Positions 54,168-63,530 of a DNA stretch of 64,000 nucleotides are shown here, piece after piece (position 1 is the first letter of the stretch; each line of letters begins with the position of its first letter). Below the pieces are notes generated by a model. It saw nothing but the letters and a program-made list of their open reading frames with translations. It was not told where the DNA came from and made no database searches. A program made the position numbers and the translations under genes. The DNA comes from an uncultured Muribaculaceae bacterium (GTDB lineage: Bacteria; Bacillota_I; Bacilli_A; RF39; UBA660), in assembly GCA_964546995.1 (NCBI GenBank), contig CAZJKO010000001.1, forward strand, positions 8,504-72,503, given 5' to 3'.

Positions 54168-54374
54168 TTAATTGTTTTCTATTTTCTTTGTGACTAGGTC
54201 TGTTAGATACCAGTCGACATCGATTTCTGTTTTTAATTTTTCTTTTTTTACTTCTTTATTAAACAATTTGTGTTCGTAGCAGTAGTCAATTAACTCTTCT
54301 AGGGTGTTAAACTTTTGTTCTAAGACATCGCGATATGCGACATAGACATTCTTTTTTCGTTCCAATATGTACAT
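54168..54374 (-). CDS. Hypothetical small protein (68 aa)
   Basis: Intact ORF co-oriented with the 53688 gene; no recognisable family. Confidence 0.4.
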   Translation of the reverse strand: MYILERKKNVYVAYRDVLEQKFNTLEELIDYCYEHKLFNKEVKKEKLKTEIDVDWYLTDLVTKKIENN

Positions 54375-54496
54375 TCTATCACCTCGTACTTATTATCTTA
54401 TCATAGCACTATAAATTTTGTCACTATTTTGGGGGCATAAATGATTGCGTAAACTTACAAGATAACCATAGAATAATAGTAGAAGGAGAGAGGGAT

Positions 54497-56809
54497 ATGT
54501 TTTCCAAATTTAGTGAAGAAGCACAAAAGGTATTGGTAGAAGCAAAGAAGGAAATGATGGATTTGAAACATCCTTATGTGGGAAGTGAGCATTTACTTCT
54601 TGCGATTCTTTCGAATACGAATTTGGATGTGACGAGAAGGCTTCTTTCGTATCAACTTGATTATAAGCGTTTTAAGGAAGAAATTATTTCTGTTGTAGGT
54701 GTCGGTAGTGATGTGAATCGGTGGTTTTTGTATACTCCTTTGCTTAAGCGAATTTTAGAGACGGCTATGTTAGATGCGAAAGAAGAAAACGATGGAGAAG
54801 TGACAGTTGAGCATTTGTTTCTTTCGCTTTTAGAAGAGGGAGAGGGCGTTGCTATTCGTACGATGATGGGGATGAATTTGGATATTGAGGCAATCTATCA
54901 AGATTTTTCCACAAAAATTGTGCAAAAAAAAGGTAAGAGTAAGAAAAAGTTGTTGATTGAGGAATTTGCAGTAGATTTTAATAAGAAGGCACTTGCTCAT
55001 GAAGTGGATCCTGTCATTGGAAGGGATGAGGAATTAAGTCGAATTGTGGAAATTCTTTCTAGAAGAACCAAGAATAATCCTCTTTTAATTGGCGATGCCG
55101 GAGTTGGTAAGACGGCTATTGTCGAGGCACTTGCCGAACGAATTGTGTTAGGGCAAGTTCCGAAGCGGTTACGAAATAAGCGCATTTTATCTTTGTCGAT
55201 GGCAGGGTTGGTAGCAGGTACGAAATATCGAGGTGAATTTGAAGAGAGAATTGGTAAGATTTTAAAAGAAGTAGAAGCCAACGACGATATTATTTTGTTT
55301 ATCGATGAGATCCATACGTTGGTTGGAGCAGGTGGTGCGGAAGGTGCTATCGATGCTTCTAATATTTTGAAACCGGCTTTATCGCGGGGGAAGATTCGGT
55401 TGATTGGGGCAACGACAACACAGGAGTATAAAGAATGTATGGAAAAGGATAAGGCTCTTGAAAGACGGTTTCAGGTTGTCTATGTCGAAGAGCCAGATAT
55501 CGATAAGGTGTATGCGATTCTTTCAAAGTTAAAACCTATTTATGAAGGATTCCATGGTGTTTCTGTACCTGATGATGTGTTGCGGTTGTTGATTCAGCTT
55601 TCGGATAAATACATTTACGATCGGAAGCAGCCAGATCGAGCGATCGATATTTTGGATGAAGTGTGTGCGAAAGTTTCTTTGCAAAAAACGTCCGATGATA
55701 TTCAAATCGATCAACTTACTAACGAGTTGAATCATGTTCTTTCCAAAAAGAATGAAGCCATTATGAATCAAAATTTCGAAGAAGCTTCTTCGTTACATGA
55801 GGTAGAGCAGCAATTGGAAGATGAGAAAAATCGTTTGGAGCTAGCGTCACTTGCTAAATCGAAAGTACGAGTTGTAACTGCGGAAATGATTGCGGATGTG
55901 ATTCGTTTGAAGACGAAAATTCCCGTTTATGAACTTATGGATACTTCTCTTCATTCGTTAAAGAAAATGGAGGAATCGTTACTTTCTTCTGTTTTAGGGC
56001 AGAGTGATGCCGTTCATACTCTTTGTAATGTGACAAAGCGAATGCAGTTGGGATATGATTGTGAACAGAAGCCTCATTCTTTCTTATTTGTGGGTCCTAC
56101 AGGAACAGGAAAAACTTTGCTTGCTAAGAAATATGCAGAGTTTCTATTTGGAAAAGAACACTTGATTCGTTTAGATATGAGTGAATATCGGGAAAGTCAT
56201 TCTGTCAGTAAAATTATAGGATCCCCACCTGGCTATGTTGGGTATTCGGATTACAAAAATGTGTTAGAAGAAGTACGAAACCATCCTCATTCTGTATTGC
56301 TCTTAGATGAAATTGAGAAAGCTCATCCTGCGGTTATTCAACTTTTTTTACAAGTACTCGACGAGGGACGACTTACTGATTCTAAAGGAAACGTTGTTCG
56401 TTTTGATCATGTTATTGTCATTCTTACATCGAATGTTGGTTTTCAGAAGGGAGCGTTAGGTTTCTCTTCTAGTCTTGATTTGAATATCGAAGCGAAATTA
56501 AAAGAGTTTTTGAGTATGGAATTTATCAACCGCATCGACGAAACACTCATTTTTAAACCGCTTAGTGAAGAAGTCATTCGGCAAATTCTTGTGCAAAAGT
56601 TAGATCAAATGAAAGAGCGTTTTGCTAAGAAAAAGGTATTGTTAGATTTTTCTTCTTCCATGATTTCCGATTTGGTCCATCTTTCTTGTTTTCGGGAATT
56701 TGGGGCAAGAAGGCTCGATAAAGTGTTGGCAGATAAATTGGATGTTTTGGTTATCGACCAGATTCTAGATGGAAAACAGGAAATTTTTATCGATCGTATT
56801 GGTGCCTAA
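54497..56809 (+). CDS. clpC: ATP-dependent Clp protease ATP-binding subunit ClpC
   Basis: Two Clp_N repeats, AAA1 (GDAGVGKTAIVE), UVR-like linker (NQNFEEASSLHEVEQQLEDE), AAA2 ([12 protein letters not shown]). Confidence 0.85.
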   Translation: MFSKFSEEAQKVLVEAKKEMMDLKHPYVGSEHLLLAILSNTNLDVTRRLLSYQLDYKRFKEEIISVVGVGSDVNRWFLYTPLLKRILETAMLDAKEENDGEVTVEHLFLSLLEEGEGVAIRTMMGMNLDIEAIYQDFSTKIVQKKGKSKKKLLIEEFAVDFNKKALAHEVDPVIGRDEELSRIVEILSRRTKNNPLLIGDAGVGKTAIVEALAERIVLGQVPKRLRNKRILSLSMAGLVAGTKYRGEFEERIGKILKEVEANDDIILFIDEIHTLVGAGGAEGAIDASNILKPALSRGKIRLIGATTTQEYKECMEKDKALERRFQVVYVEEPDIDKVYAILSKLKPIYEGFHGVSVPDDVLRLLIQLSDKYIYDRKQPDRAIDILDEVCAKVSLQKTSDDIQIDQLTNELNHVLSKKNEAIMNQNFEEASSLHEVEQQLEDEKNRLELASLAKSKVRVVTAEMIADVIRLKTKIPVYELMDTSLHSLKKMEESLLSSVLGQSDAVHTLCNVTKRMQLGYDCEQKPHSFLFVGPTGTGKTLLAKKYAEFLFGKEHLIRLDMSEYRESHSVSKIIGSPPGYVGYSDYKNVLEEVRNHPHSVLLLDEIEKAHPAVIQLFLQVLDEGRLTDSKGNVVRFDHVIVILTSNVGFQKGALGFSSSLDLNIEAKLKEFLSMEFINRIDETLIFKPLSEEVIRQILVQKLDQMKERFAKKKVLLDFSSSMISDLVHLSCFREFGARRLDKVLADKLDVLVIDQILDGKQEIFIDRIGA

Positions 56810-56886
56810 AATGGGGTGCCTTTTTTCTTTTTAAATTATTCGTTTTTCTTGGTATTTTATGTTATAATAACGACAGGTGATGAAGA

Positions 56887-58311
56887 ATGGAAAAAGTTAG
56901 AACACGATTTGCTCCTAGTCCTACGGGGTACATGCATCTTGGGAATTTGCGTAGTGCTCTTTTTGAGTATTTGGTTGCAAAGAGTCAAGGTGGAGATTTT
57001 CTTTTGCGAATCGAAGATACGGATCAAAAACGCTACGTAGAAGGGGCGGTCGATTTTATTATTGATACGTTATCTTTGTGTGGAATTACGGTAGATGAAG
57101 GTCCTACTGTCGGGGGAGATTGTGGTCCTTATTTTCAAAGTGAACGGTTGAGTATCTATCAAGAGTATGCACATAAATTAGTCGATATGGGAAAAGCATA
57201 CTACTGTTTTTGTACAGAAGAAAGACTCAATCAGTTACGGGAAGAAGCGGATCTTCGTAAGGTGCCATTTTTATACGATGGGCACTGTAAACACTATTCG
57301 AAAGAGGAAGCTCTTCAAAAGATTCAAAATGGGGAACCTTACGTCATTCGTCAAGCAATGCCAAAGACGGGTGTTACGTCGTACGACGATTTGGCCTACG
57401 GTCACATTTCTGTTGAGAATAGCGTGTTAGAAGATCAAATTTTATTAAAGTCCGATGGCTATCCTACTTACAATTTTGCTAATGTAATCGACGATCATTT
57501 GATGGGGATTACCCATGTTGTAAGGGGAAATGAGTATTTATCTTCTACTCCTAAGTATTTGCTTTTATATGAAGCATTTGGTTGGGTGAGTCCTTTGTAT
57601 ATTCATCTTCCTCATATTATTAAAGAGGGTGGAAAAAAGCTTTCAAAGCGCGAAGGGGACGCTTCGTTCATGGATTTGTATGAAGATGGTTATCTACCTA
57701 GTGCTATCGTCAACTATTTGGCATTACTTGGATGGAGTCCTAGTGATAATCAGGAGATCTTTTCTATGGAGGAATTGATTGCAAAGTTCGATCCGCATCG
57801 CATTAACAATTCTCCAGCCGTCTACGATATTAAGAAACTACAGTGGGTTAATGCTCATTATATTAAGAGTATGGATTTTGAAGATTATTATCAGTTGGTA
57901 CGACCTTTTTTAGCACGTGCTTACGATCTTTCGAATAAAGAGGACGAATGGGTTCGTCATTTGGTTAGAATTTATCAAAATCATATTTCTTACGGAAGAG
58001 AAATTGTCGATGTTACGTCTCTTTTCTTTCAAGACGATCTTTCGTTTTCGGATGAGTGTAAGCTTTTTATGGAACAAGAAGGTATTAGCAATACGCTTTC
58101 TGTGTTTAAGAAGGAAGTTCTCGCTATTTCCGATTGGTCTATTGCTTCTATTCAAGATGCAATCAATCAGACGAAAGAAAAAAGTGGCGCAAAAGGGAAA
58201 ATGCTTTTTATGCCTATTCGTATTCAGACAACAGGGGTAATGCATGGTCCTGAACTTGCCGATACTCTCTATTTATTGGGGCGCGATACAATTTTAAAAA
58301 GACTTGGGTAA
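56887..58311 (+). CDS. gltX: Glutamate--tRNA ligase
   Basis: HIGH-class motif PTGYMHLGN; KMSKS variant KLSKR. Confidence 0.9.
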   Translation: MEKVRTRFAPSPTGYMHLGNLRSALFEYLVAKSQGGDFLLRIEDTDQKRYVEGAVDFIIDTLSLCGITVDEGPTVGGDCGPYFQSERLSIYQEYAHKLVDMGKAYYCFCTEERLNQLREEADLRKVPFLYDGHCKHYSKEEALQKIQNGEPYVIRQAMPKTGVTSYDDLAYGHISVENSVLEDQILLKSDGYPTYNFANVIDDHLMGITHVVRGNEYLSSTPKYLLLYEAFGWVSPLYIHLPHIIKEGGKKLSKREGDASFMDLYEDGYLPSAIVNYLALLGWSPSDNQEIFSMEELIAKFDPHRINNSPAVYDIKKLQWVNAHYIKSMDFEDYYQLVRPFLARAYDLSNKEDEWVRHLVRIYQNHISYGREIVDVTSLFFQDDLSFSDECKLFMEQEGISNTLSVFKKEVLAISDWSIASIQDAINQTKEKSGAKGKMLFMPIRIQTTGVMHGPELADTLYLLGRDTILKRLG

Positions 58312-58365
58312 AACACATATTTATCCCATAAACTTATTATATAATGAAAGGAGTTAGGTGATGAT

Positions 58366-59754
58366 ATGAAAGTATATAATACACTTTCTTTGGAACTAGA
58401 AGAATTCGTTCCTCACGAAGAAGGGAAAGTTTTCATGTACACATGTGGTCCCACTGTTTACTATTTTGCTCACATTGGTAATTTGCGTACCTACATCTTT
58501 GAAGATGTTTTGGAAAAGGGTCTTACTTACTTGGGGTATGATGTAAAGCGTGTTATGAATATTACTGATGTAGGACATATGACGAGTGATAATGACGTTG
58601 GGGAAGATAAGATGGTCAAGGGTGCTCTTCGTGAAGGGAAAACGGTTTACGAAATTGCCGACTTTTATACCAAAGCATTTTTTAGCGATTTGGAAAAACT
58701 CAATATCAAGAAGCCTGGCATAGTTGAAAAAGCGAGCGATCACATCGATATGTACATTAAAATGATCGAAGTATTACTGGATAAAGGGTACGCTTATGCG
58801 TCGAATGGTAATATTTATTTTGATGTTAGTAAAGCGGTCGATTACTATCAACTTTCTCATAAAAATCCAGATGAGTTGATGGTCGGTGTTCGCGATACGG
58901 TCGAAGAAGATTCGTTTAAGAAAAATCCGTACGATTTTGGACTTTGGTTTACGGTTTCTAAGTTTTCCAATCAAGTGATGAAATGGGATTCTCCTTGGGG
59001 TGTTGGGTATCCAGGATGGCATATCGAGTGTTCTGGTATTTCGATTGAGCATTTAGGAGAATACTTGGATATTCACTGTGGAGGAGTCGATAACATTTTT
59101 CCTCACCATACGAACGAGATTGCTCAGAGTGAAGCTTATTTAGGGCATAAATGGTGCCGTTACTTTATGCATGGGGAACATTTGAACGATGCGAGTGGAA
59201 AGATGAGTAAATCAAAGGGAGATGTCCTTACGGTTTCCTATTTAGAACAATTAGGGTACGATCCTTTGAGTTATCGCTATTTCTGTTTGGGTAGTCATTA
59301 TCGAAAACCGCTTGTCTTTTCGTTTGAGTCGTTAGATGGTGCATCAAAGGCCTATAAGAAATTGAAAACAAAAGTTCAAATGCTTTCTAAAGATGGAGAA
59401 ATCGATGAAAGTAAGATTTCTTTCTATCAAAATCAATTTAGGGAAGCCTTGGAGAACGATTTGAATACTTCGATGATGCTTACTACTTTGTATGACGTGT
59501 TAAAAGATGAGACGTTAAGTGATGCTTCTAAATCTCGTTTGGTTGAAGAAATGGATGCTGTTTTGGGGCTTCGTCTTTTGGAAAAAGAAGGAACATATCA
59601 AGTGGACGATGACATCTTAGCTAAAATCGAAGAACGCAATCGAGCAAAGAAAGAGAAGAATTTTTCTTTCGCCGATCAGATACGTGATGATTTATTGAAG
59701 CAGGGAATTAAGTTAATCGATACGCGCGAAGGGACGACGTTCGAGCGTATTTAA
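58366..59754 (+). CDS. cysS: Cysteine--tRNA ligase
   Basis: HIGH motif (FAHIGNLRTY), zinc-binding Cys, KMSKS (KMSKSKGD). Confidence 0.9.
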   Translation: MKVYNTLSLELEEFVPHEEGKVFMYTCGPTVYYFAHIGNLRTYIFEDVLEKGLTYLGYDVKRVMNITDVGHMTSDNDVGEDKMVKGALREGKTVYEIADFYTKAFFSDLEKLNIKKPGIVEKASDHIDMYIKMIEVLLDKGYAYASNGNIYFDVSKAVDYYQLSHKNPDELMVGVRDTVEEDSFKKNPYDFGLWFTVSKFSNQVMKWDSPWGVGYPGWHIECSGISIEHLGEYLDIHCGGVDNIFPHHTNEIAQSEAYLGHKWCRYFMHGEHLNDASGKMSKSKGDVLTVSYLEQLGYDPLSYRYFCLGSHYRKPLVFSFESLDGASKAYKKLKTKVQMLSKDGEIDESKISFYQNQFREALENDLNTSMMLTTLYDVLKDETLSDASKSRLVEEMDAVLGLRLLEKEGTYQVDDDILAKIEERNRAKKEKNFSFADQIRDDLLKQGIKLIDTREGTTFERI

Positions 59755-59761
59755 AGGAGCG

Positions 59762-60466
59762 ATGAACATGCCAATTTATTATGGATTAGATTTAACGGGG
59801 TGGATTTTAATTGTCGTTGCAACGATCATTACGGTTGTTGCCGATATTTATGTAAACAATTGTTATCGTAAGTACAAGAGAATCAACAATAAGAATGGTC
59901 TTAGTGGATGTGAAGTTGCTCGAAAGATATTAGATAGTAATGGTCTTAATTCTGTTCATGTTGTCGAGACGAGTGGAGTTTTATCCGATCATTACGATCC
60001 AAGCCGGAAAGTTGTAAGACTTTCAAAGGACATTTTTCATGGGACGACGCTTGCCTCTAGTGCCGTAGCAGCCCACGAAGTAGGGCATGCCATTCAAGAT
60101 CGCGATAATTATGTTTTTATACGGATCCGTGGTTTTTTGGTTCCCTTTGTCAATTTTGGAAGCAAATTTGGATACATTGTATTGTTGATTGGTCTTATTT
60201 TTGGCTATATGGATTTAGCTTGGGGTGGAATTGGTCTATTATTACTTATTTTGCTTTTTCAACTTGTCACTTTGCCTGTCGAGTTTAATGCGTCGAATCG
60301 GGCTTTGATGGAACTTAAGAAGCTTTCTCTTTTAGAAGAAGACGAGTTACAAGGAAGCAGTAAGATGTTACGCGCTGCTGCATATACTTATGTTGCGTCC
60401 CTTGCTAATACGATTCTTCAGATTTTACGCCTCATTTTGATCGTTGCTAATCGAAGTGATGATTAA
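59762..60466 (+). CDS. Membrane zinc metallopeptidase (Zn_peptidase_2 / YpuA-like)
   Basis: HEVGHAIQ zinc motif; several TM segments; start may be the second ATG (59768). Confidence 0.7.
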   Translation: MNMPIYYGLDLTGWILIVVATIITVVADIYVNNCYRKYKRINNKNGLSGCEVARKILDSNGLNSVHVVETSGVLSDHYDPSRKVVRLSKDIFHGTTLASSAVAAHEVGHAIQDRDNYVFIRIRGFLVPFVNFGSKFGYIVLLIGLIFGYMDLAWGGIGLLLLILLFQLVTLPVEFNASNRALMELKKLSLLEEDELQGSSKMLRAAAYTYVASLANTILQILRLILIVANRSDD

Positions 60467-60487
60467 AACGCTTATGGCGTTTTTTTA
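60465..60487 (+). terminator. Rho-independent terminator
   Basis: AAAACGC-UUAUG-GCGUUUU plus U-run. Confidence 0.65.
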
Positions 60488-60577
60488 TATATTAGGAAAG
60501 TGCGTTTAAATTCTTGTTCAAAAAAAACGGCCTCATTTAAAACGAAGTTCACAACAAAAAGATTAAAGTTTAAATCT

Positions 60578-60814
60578 TTAATCATCTAAATCAATAGGAA
60601 ACATAGTACTACCACAGTAAGGACAATCCATCTTGGGAGTACTTTTCTTTTTGATAAATTTTAAAAAAACTATACATTCATTTACAATAAAATCGGGAAC
60701 TGGATCCAATTTGTGACATTTTTTACATTTAAAAATATATATTTTTTCATCTTTCCCAAAATAATCTTGAGCTTCTTTTAATATTTTCGTAATTTCTTTT
60801 TCTTCTTTATTCAT
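60578..60814 (-). CDS. Hypothetical zinc-ribbon small protein (CxxC...CxxC)
   Basis: 78 aa; FKCKKCHKL...DCPYCGS; minus-strand hairpin GATTAAAG...CTTTAATC plus U-run at 60551-60583 acts as its terminator. Confidence 0.5.
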   Translation of the reverse strand: MNKEEKEITKILKEAQDYFGKDEKIYIFKCKKCHKLDPVPDFIVNECIVFLKFIKKKSTPKMDCPYCGSTMFPIDLDD

Positions 60815-60939
60815 GATATATCTCCATTAAGTATAAATACGATTATAGTATATCATTGTATTGTTACAAATTGGACAATTAATAGGATCAGATTCAAAAT
60901 TAATGACAATCAGTGAACGCCACATATTTAATTTTTTTT

Positions 60940-62345
60940 GATAATCAGATTTTTCTTATTCTATCTTCTTTTTATAGAATAAGAAAATGATATTAATTTT
61001 ATCAAAACCATTGATACGAACACTTGTTCTCGATATAATTGGTGCAGGTAGGTGATGAAATATGATTATTCATAAATCTTATAAATTTAGAGTATACCCT
61101 GATTCAAATCAAAAAGAATTAATTCATAAAACTTTTGGATGTAATCGATTTATTTATAATCATTATTTGGAAGATAAAAAAAGTGAATATGAAAAAACAA
61201 AGCATTCTAAAACTCTTTATGAATGTATCAAAGATATTCCATCACTATATAATGAACGACCATATCTAAAAGAAATTGATTCAATGAGTCTTAGATGTAC
61301 AATATTTGACTTAGATAATGCCTTTAAAGGATTTTATAAAGGAATTAGAAATTATCCAAAATTTAAAAGTAAATATGATAAAAATAGCTATAGAACGAAT
61401 ATGATAACAAATCATTATAATGGAAAAACTTATAAAAATATAAAACTAGATTTACAAAATAAAACAGTTACATTACCAAAACTAAAAGAAATGAAGATAA
61501 AAGGTTATAGAAATTTGGTTAAAATAAATGGAAGAATTATTCATGCTACTTTATCAAGAGAACATAATGGAAAATACTATGTATCAATATTATATGAACA
61601 AGAAGTTGGTATTCCAAAATTGAAACCAAATCGTATTGTAGGAATAACTTAGGAATAAAAGATATTGTTATCACTTCAGATAATATGAGATATAGTAATG
61701 AAAAAGTAATAAAGAAATATGAAAAAAGAATCAAGAGGAAACAAAAAAAACTAGCAAGAAAGGAAAAAGGAAGTAATAATTATTATAAATGCAAACAAGA
61801 ATTAGCTAGACTGTATTCAAAGTTAAAAAATGCAAGAAAGTACATTATAGAAGAAATCACAAAAACAATTACAGACACATATGACATTATTGTAACAGAA
61901 ACACTTAAAATAAAAAGTATGATTAAAAATCATCAATTAACGAAATCTTTAACAGATGTTACATTAGGAGAATTAATGAGAAAACTAGAGTATAAAGCAA
62001 ATTGGAAAGGGAAAAAAATATATAAAGTAGATCCTTATTATCCAAGTAGCCAATTATGTAGTGTTTGTGGATATCAAAATAAAATAATCAAAAATTTAAG
62101 TGTAAGAAAATATATATGTCCAAAGTGTCAAAATGAATTAGATAGAGATCAGAATGCCGCAGTTAATATTATGTTTGAAGGAATAAAACAGTATATGAAA
62201 GAATTGGTATAAGGACAAAAACAAAAAATAATTTTGAACAATTGGTACGGTAGCGACTATCGGAAGTTAAGTCTATGAAGAGGCGTAGTCTCAGTGAAGT
62301 AGAAAAACCATATCGTGAGGTATGGTAGTCAAAATTTATTTTGAC
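60940..62345 (+). mobile_element. IS200/IS605-family element carrying only tnpB (IS1341-like), with LE/RE subterminal hairpins
   Basis: 12-bp perfect hairpin TTCTTATTCTAT/ATAGAATAAGAA at 60953-60988 upstream of tnpB; structured GC-richer tail with hairpins CCATATCGTGAGGTATGG and GTCAAAATTTATTTTGAC (62328-62345) downstream; boundaries approximate. Confidence 0.5.
61062..62212 (+). pseudogene. tnpB: TnpB (OrfB, RuvC-like RNA-guided nuclease) disrupted by a 1-nt frameshift
   Basis: Two consecutive ORFs: the first ends ...RIVGIT*, the second continues in the +1 frame LGIKDIVITSDN; restoring one G in GGAATA(G)ACTTAGGAATAAAAG recreates the conserved VGIDLGIKD motif; C-terminal zinc finger CSVCG...CPKCQ present. 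Confidence 0.75.
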
Positions 62346-62443
62346 TTTTGTTCTCCACAAAATTTGTGGATAAATGAATTTAAACTTTTGTTTTTGGTGC
62401 ATTTTTTCCATTTTTTTGTTAAAATCGTGATGGAGGAAGAAGT

Positions 62444-62830
62444 ATGAATGTGATTGAGATTAATGTGTTGGTGCTTGCTTATATGGGAGATACGATTTAT
62501 GAAGACTACATTCGAAAACATCTTATCTTAAAGGGAATTAGTCATGTAGGAGAGTTACAAAAAGAGTCCATTCGTTACGTTAGTGCGAAGAGTCAAGCGA
62601 AATTTTTGACGATGCTCCTTGAAAACGCTATTTTTCTCGAAGATGAAGTTGATGTTCTTCGGCGTGCACGCAATTACAAAAGCAATAGTCATCCTAAAAA
62701 TTGTGATATTGTTACTTATAAACATGCAACAGCATTAGAAGCAGTGATTGGCTATTTATATTTGAATGAACGATATTCACGAATTGAGAGAATTATGAAG
62801 GAAATTTTGAAGGAGGAAACAGAATGCTAG
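62444..62830 (+). CDS. mrnC: Mini-ribonuclease 3 (Mini-III, MrnC)
   Basis: RNase III signature without a dsRBD (LAYMGDTIYEDYIR...HATALEAVIGYLYL); position between cysS and rlmB as in Bacillus. Confidence 0.85.
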   Translation: MNVIEINVLVLAYMGDTIYEDYIRKHLILKGISHVGELQKESIRYVSAKSQAKFLTMLLENAIFLEDEVDVLRRARNYKSNSHPKNCDIVTYKHATALEAVIGYLYLNERYSRIERIMKEILKEETEC

Positions 62831-63522
62831 CGTATGGAAAAACGGTCGCTTACGAGTTGTTACAAAATCCGAAAATGGTGAAAAGAGTTATTTTGCGAGA
62901 GGGATTCGATGATAAAACAATCTTTTCTCTTCTAGAAAATTCGTCTTTTAAGGTTGAATACTTAGACAAATTGCGTTTTTCTAAAGTTGCAGAAGGAAAT
63001 CACCAAGGTATAATAGTGGACATTGAGGACTTTCCTTATCAATCATTAGAGGAAGTATTCAAAAAAGATCCTTCCTTTGTTCTCATCTTAGATCACTTAG
63101 AAGATCCCCATAATTTAGGAGCTATTGTACGTACGGCAGAAGCTGCTGGAGTCGATGCGATCATCCTTCCTAAAAACCGTAGCGTTTCCGTGACTCCTAC
63201 TGTGATGAAGACTAGTGCTGGAGCTATTTTTCATGTACCGATTTCGCTCGTTACCAATTTACATCAGTCTATCGAATCGCTTAAAAAGAACGGTTTTTGG
63301 ATCGTAGGAACCGATATGGAGAACAGTCAAGATTATCGTTCTATTCCCTACGATGGTAAAATTGCATTGGTCATTGGAAGTGAAGGATTTGGTATGAGTC
63401 GGTTGGTTCGTTCTTCTTGTGATTTTATTGCTCGTATTCCTATGTACGGTAAGGTGAATAGTTTAAATGCATCTGTTGCTAGTGCTATTATGATTTATGA
63501 GGTAGTCCGCAATAGAAAGTAG
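62824..63522 (+). CDS. rlmB: 23S rRNA (guanosine2251-2'-O)-methyltransferase RlmB (SpoU/TrmH family)
   Basis: SpoU MTase motifs (LDHLEDPHNLGAIVRTAEAAG; GSEGFGMSRLV; NSLNASVA). Confidence 0.85.
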   Translation: MLAYGKTVAYELLQNPKMVKRVILREGFDDKTIFSLLENSSFKVEYLDKLRFSKVAEGNHQGIIVDIEDFPYQSLEEVFKKDPSFVLILDHLEDPHNLGAIVRTAEAAGVDAIILPKNRSVSVTPTVMKTSAGAIFHVPISLVTNLHQSIESLKKNGFWIVGTDMENSQDYRSIPYDGKIALVIGSEGFGMSRLVRSSCDFIARIPMYGKVNSLNASVASAIMIYEVVRNRK

Positions 63523-63530
63523 GTTTTATT

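Noticed and set aside
54375-54496. CtsR operator upstream of clpC
   Set aside because: No GGTCAAA-NAN-GGTCAAA direct repeat on either strand, and ctsR/mcsAB are absent from the locus, so clpC is likely CtsR-independent here.
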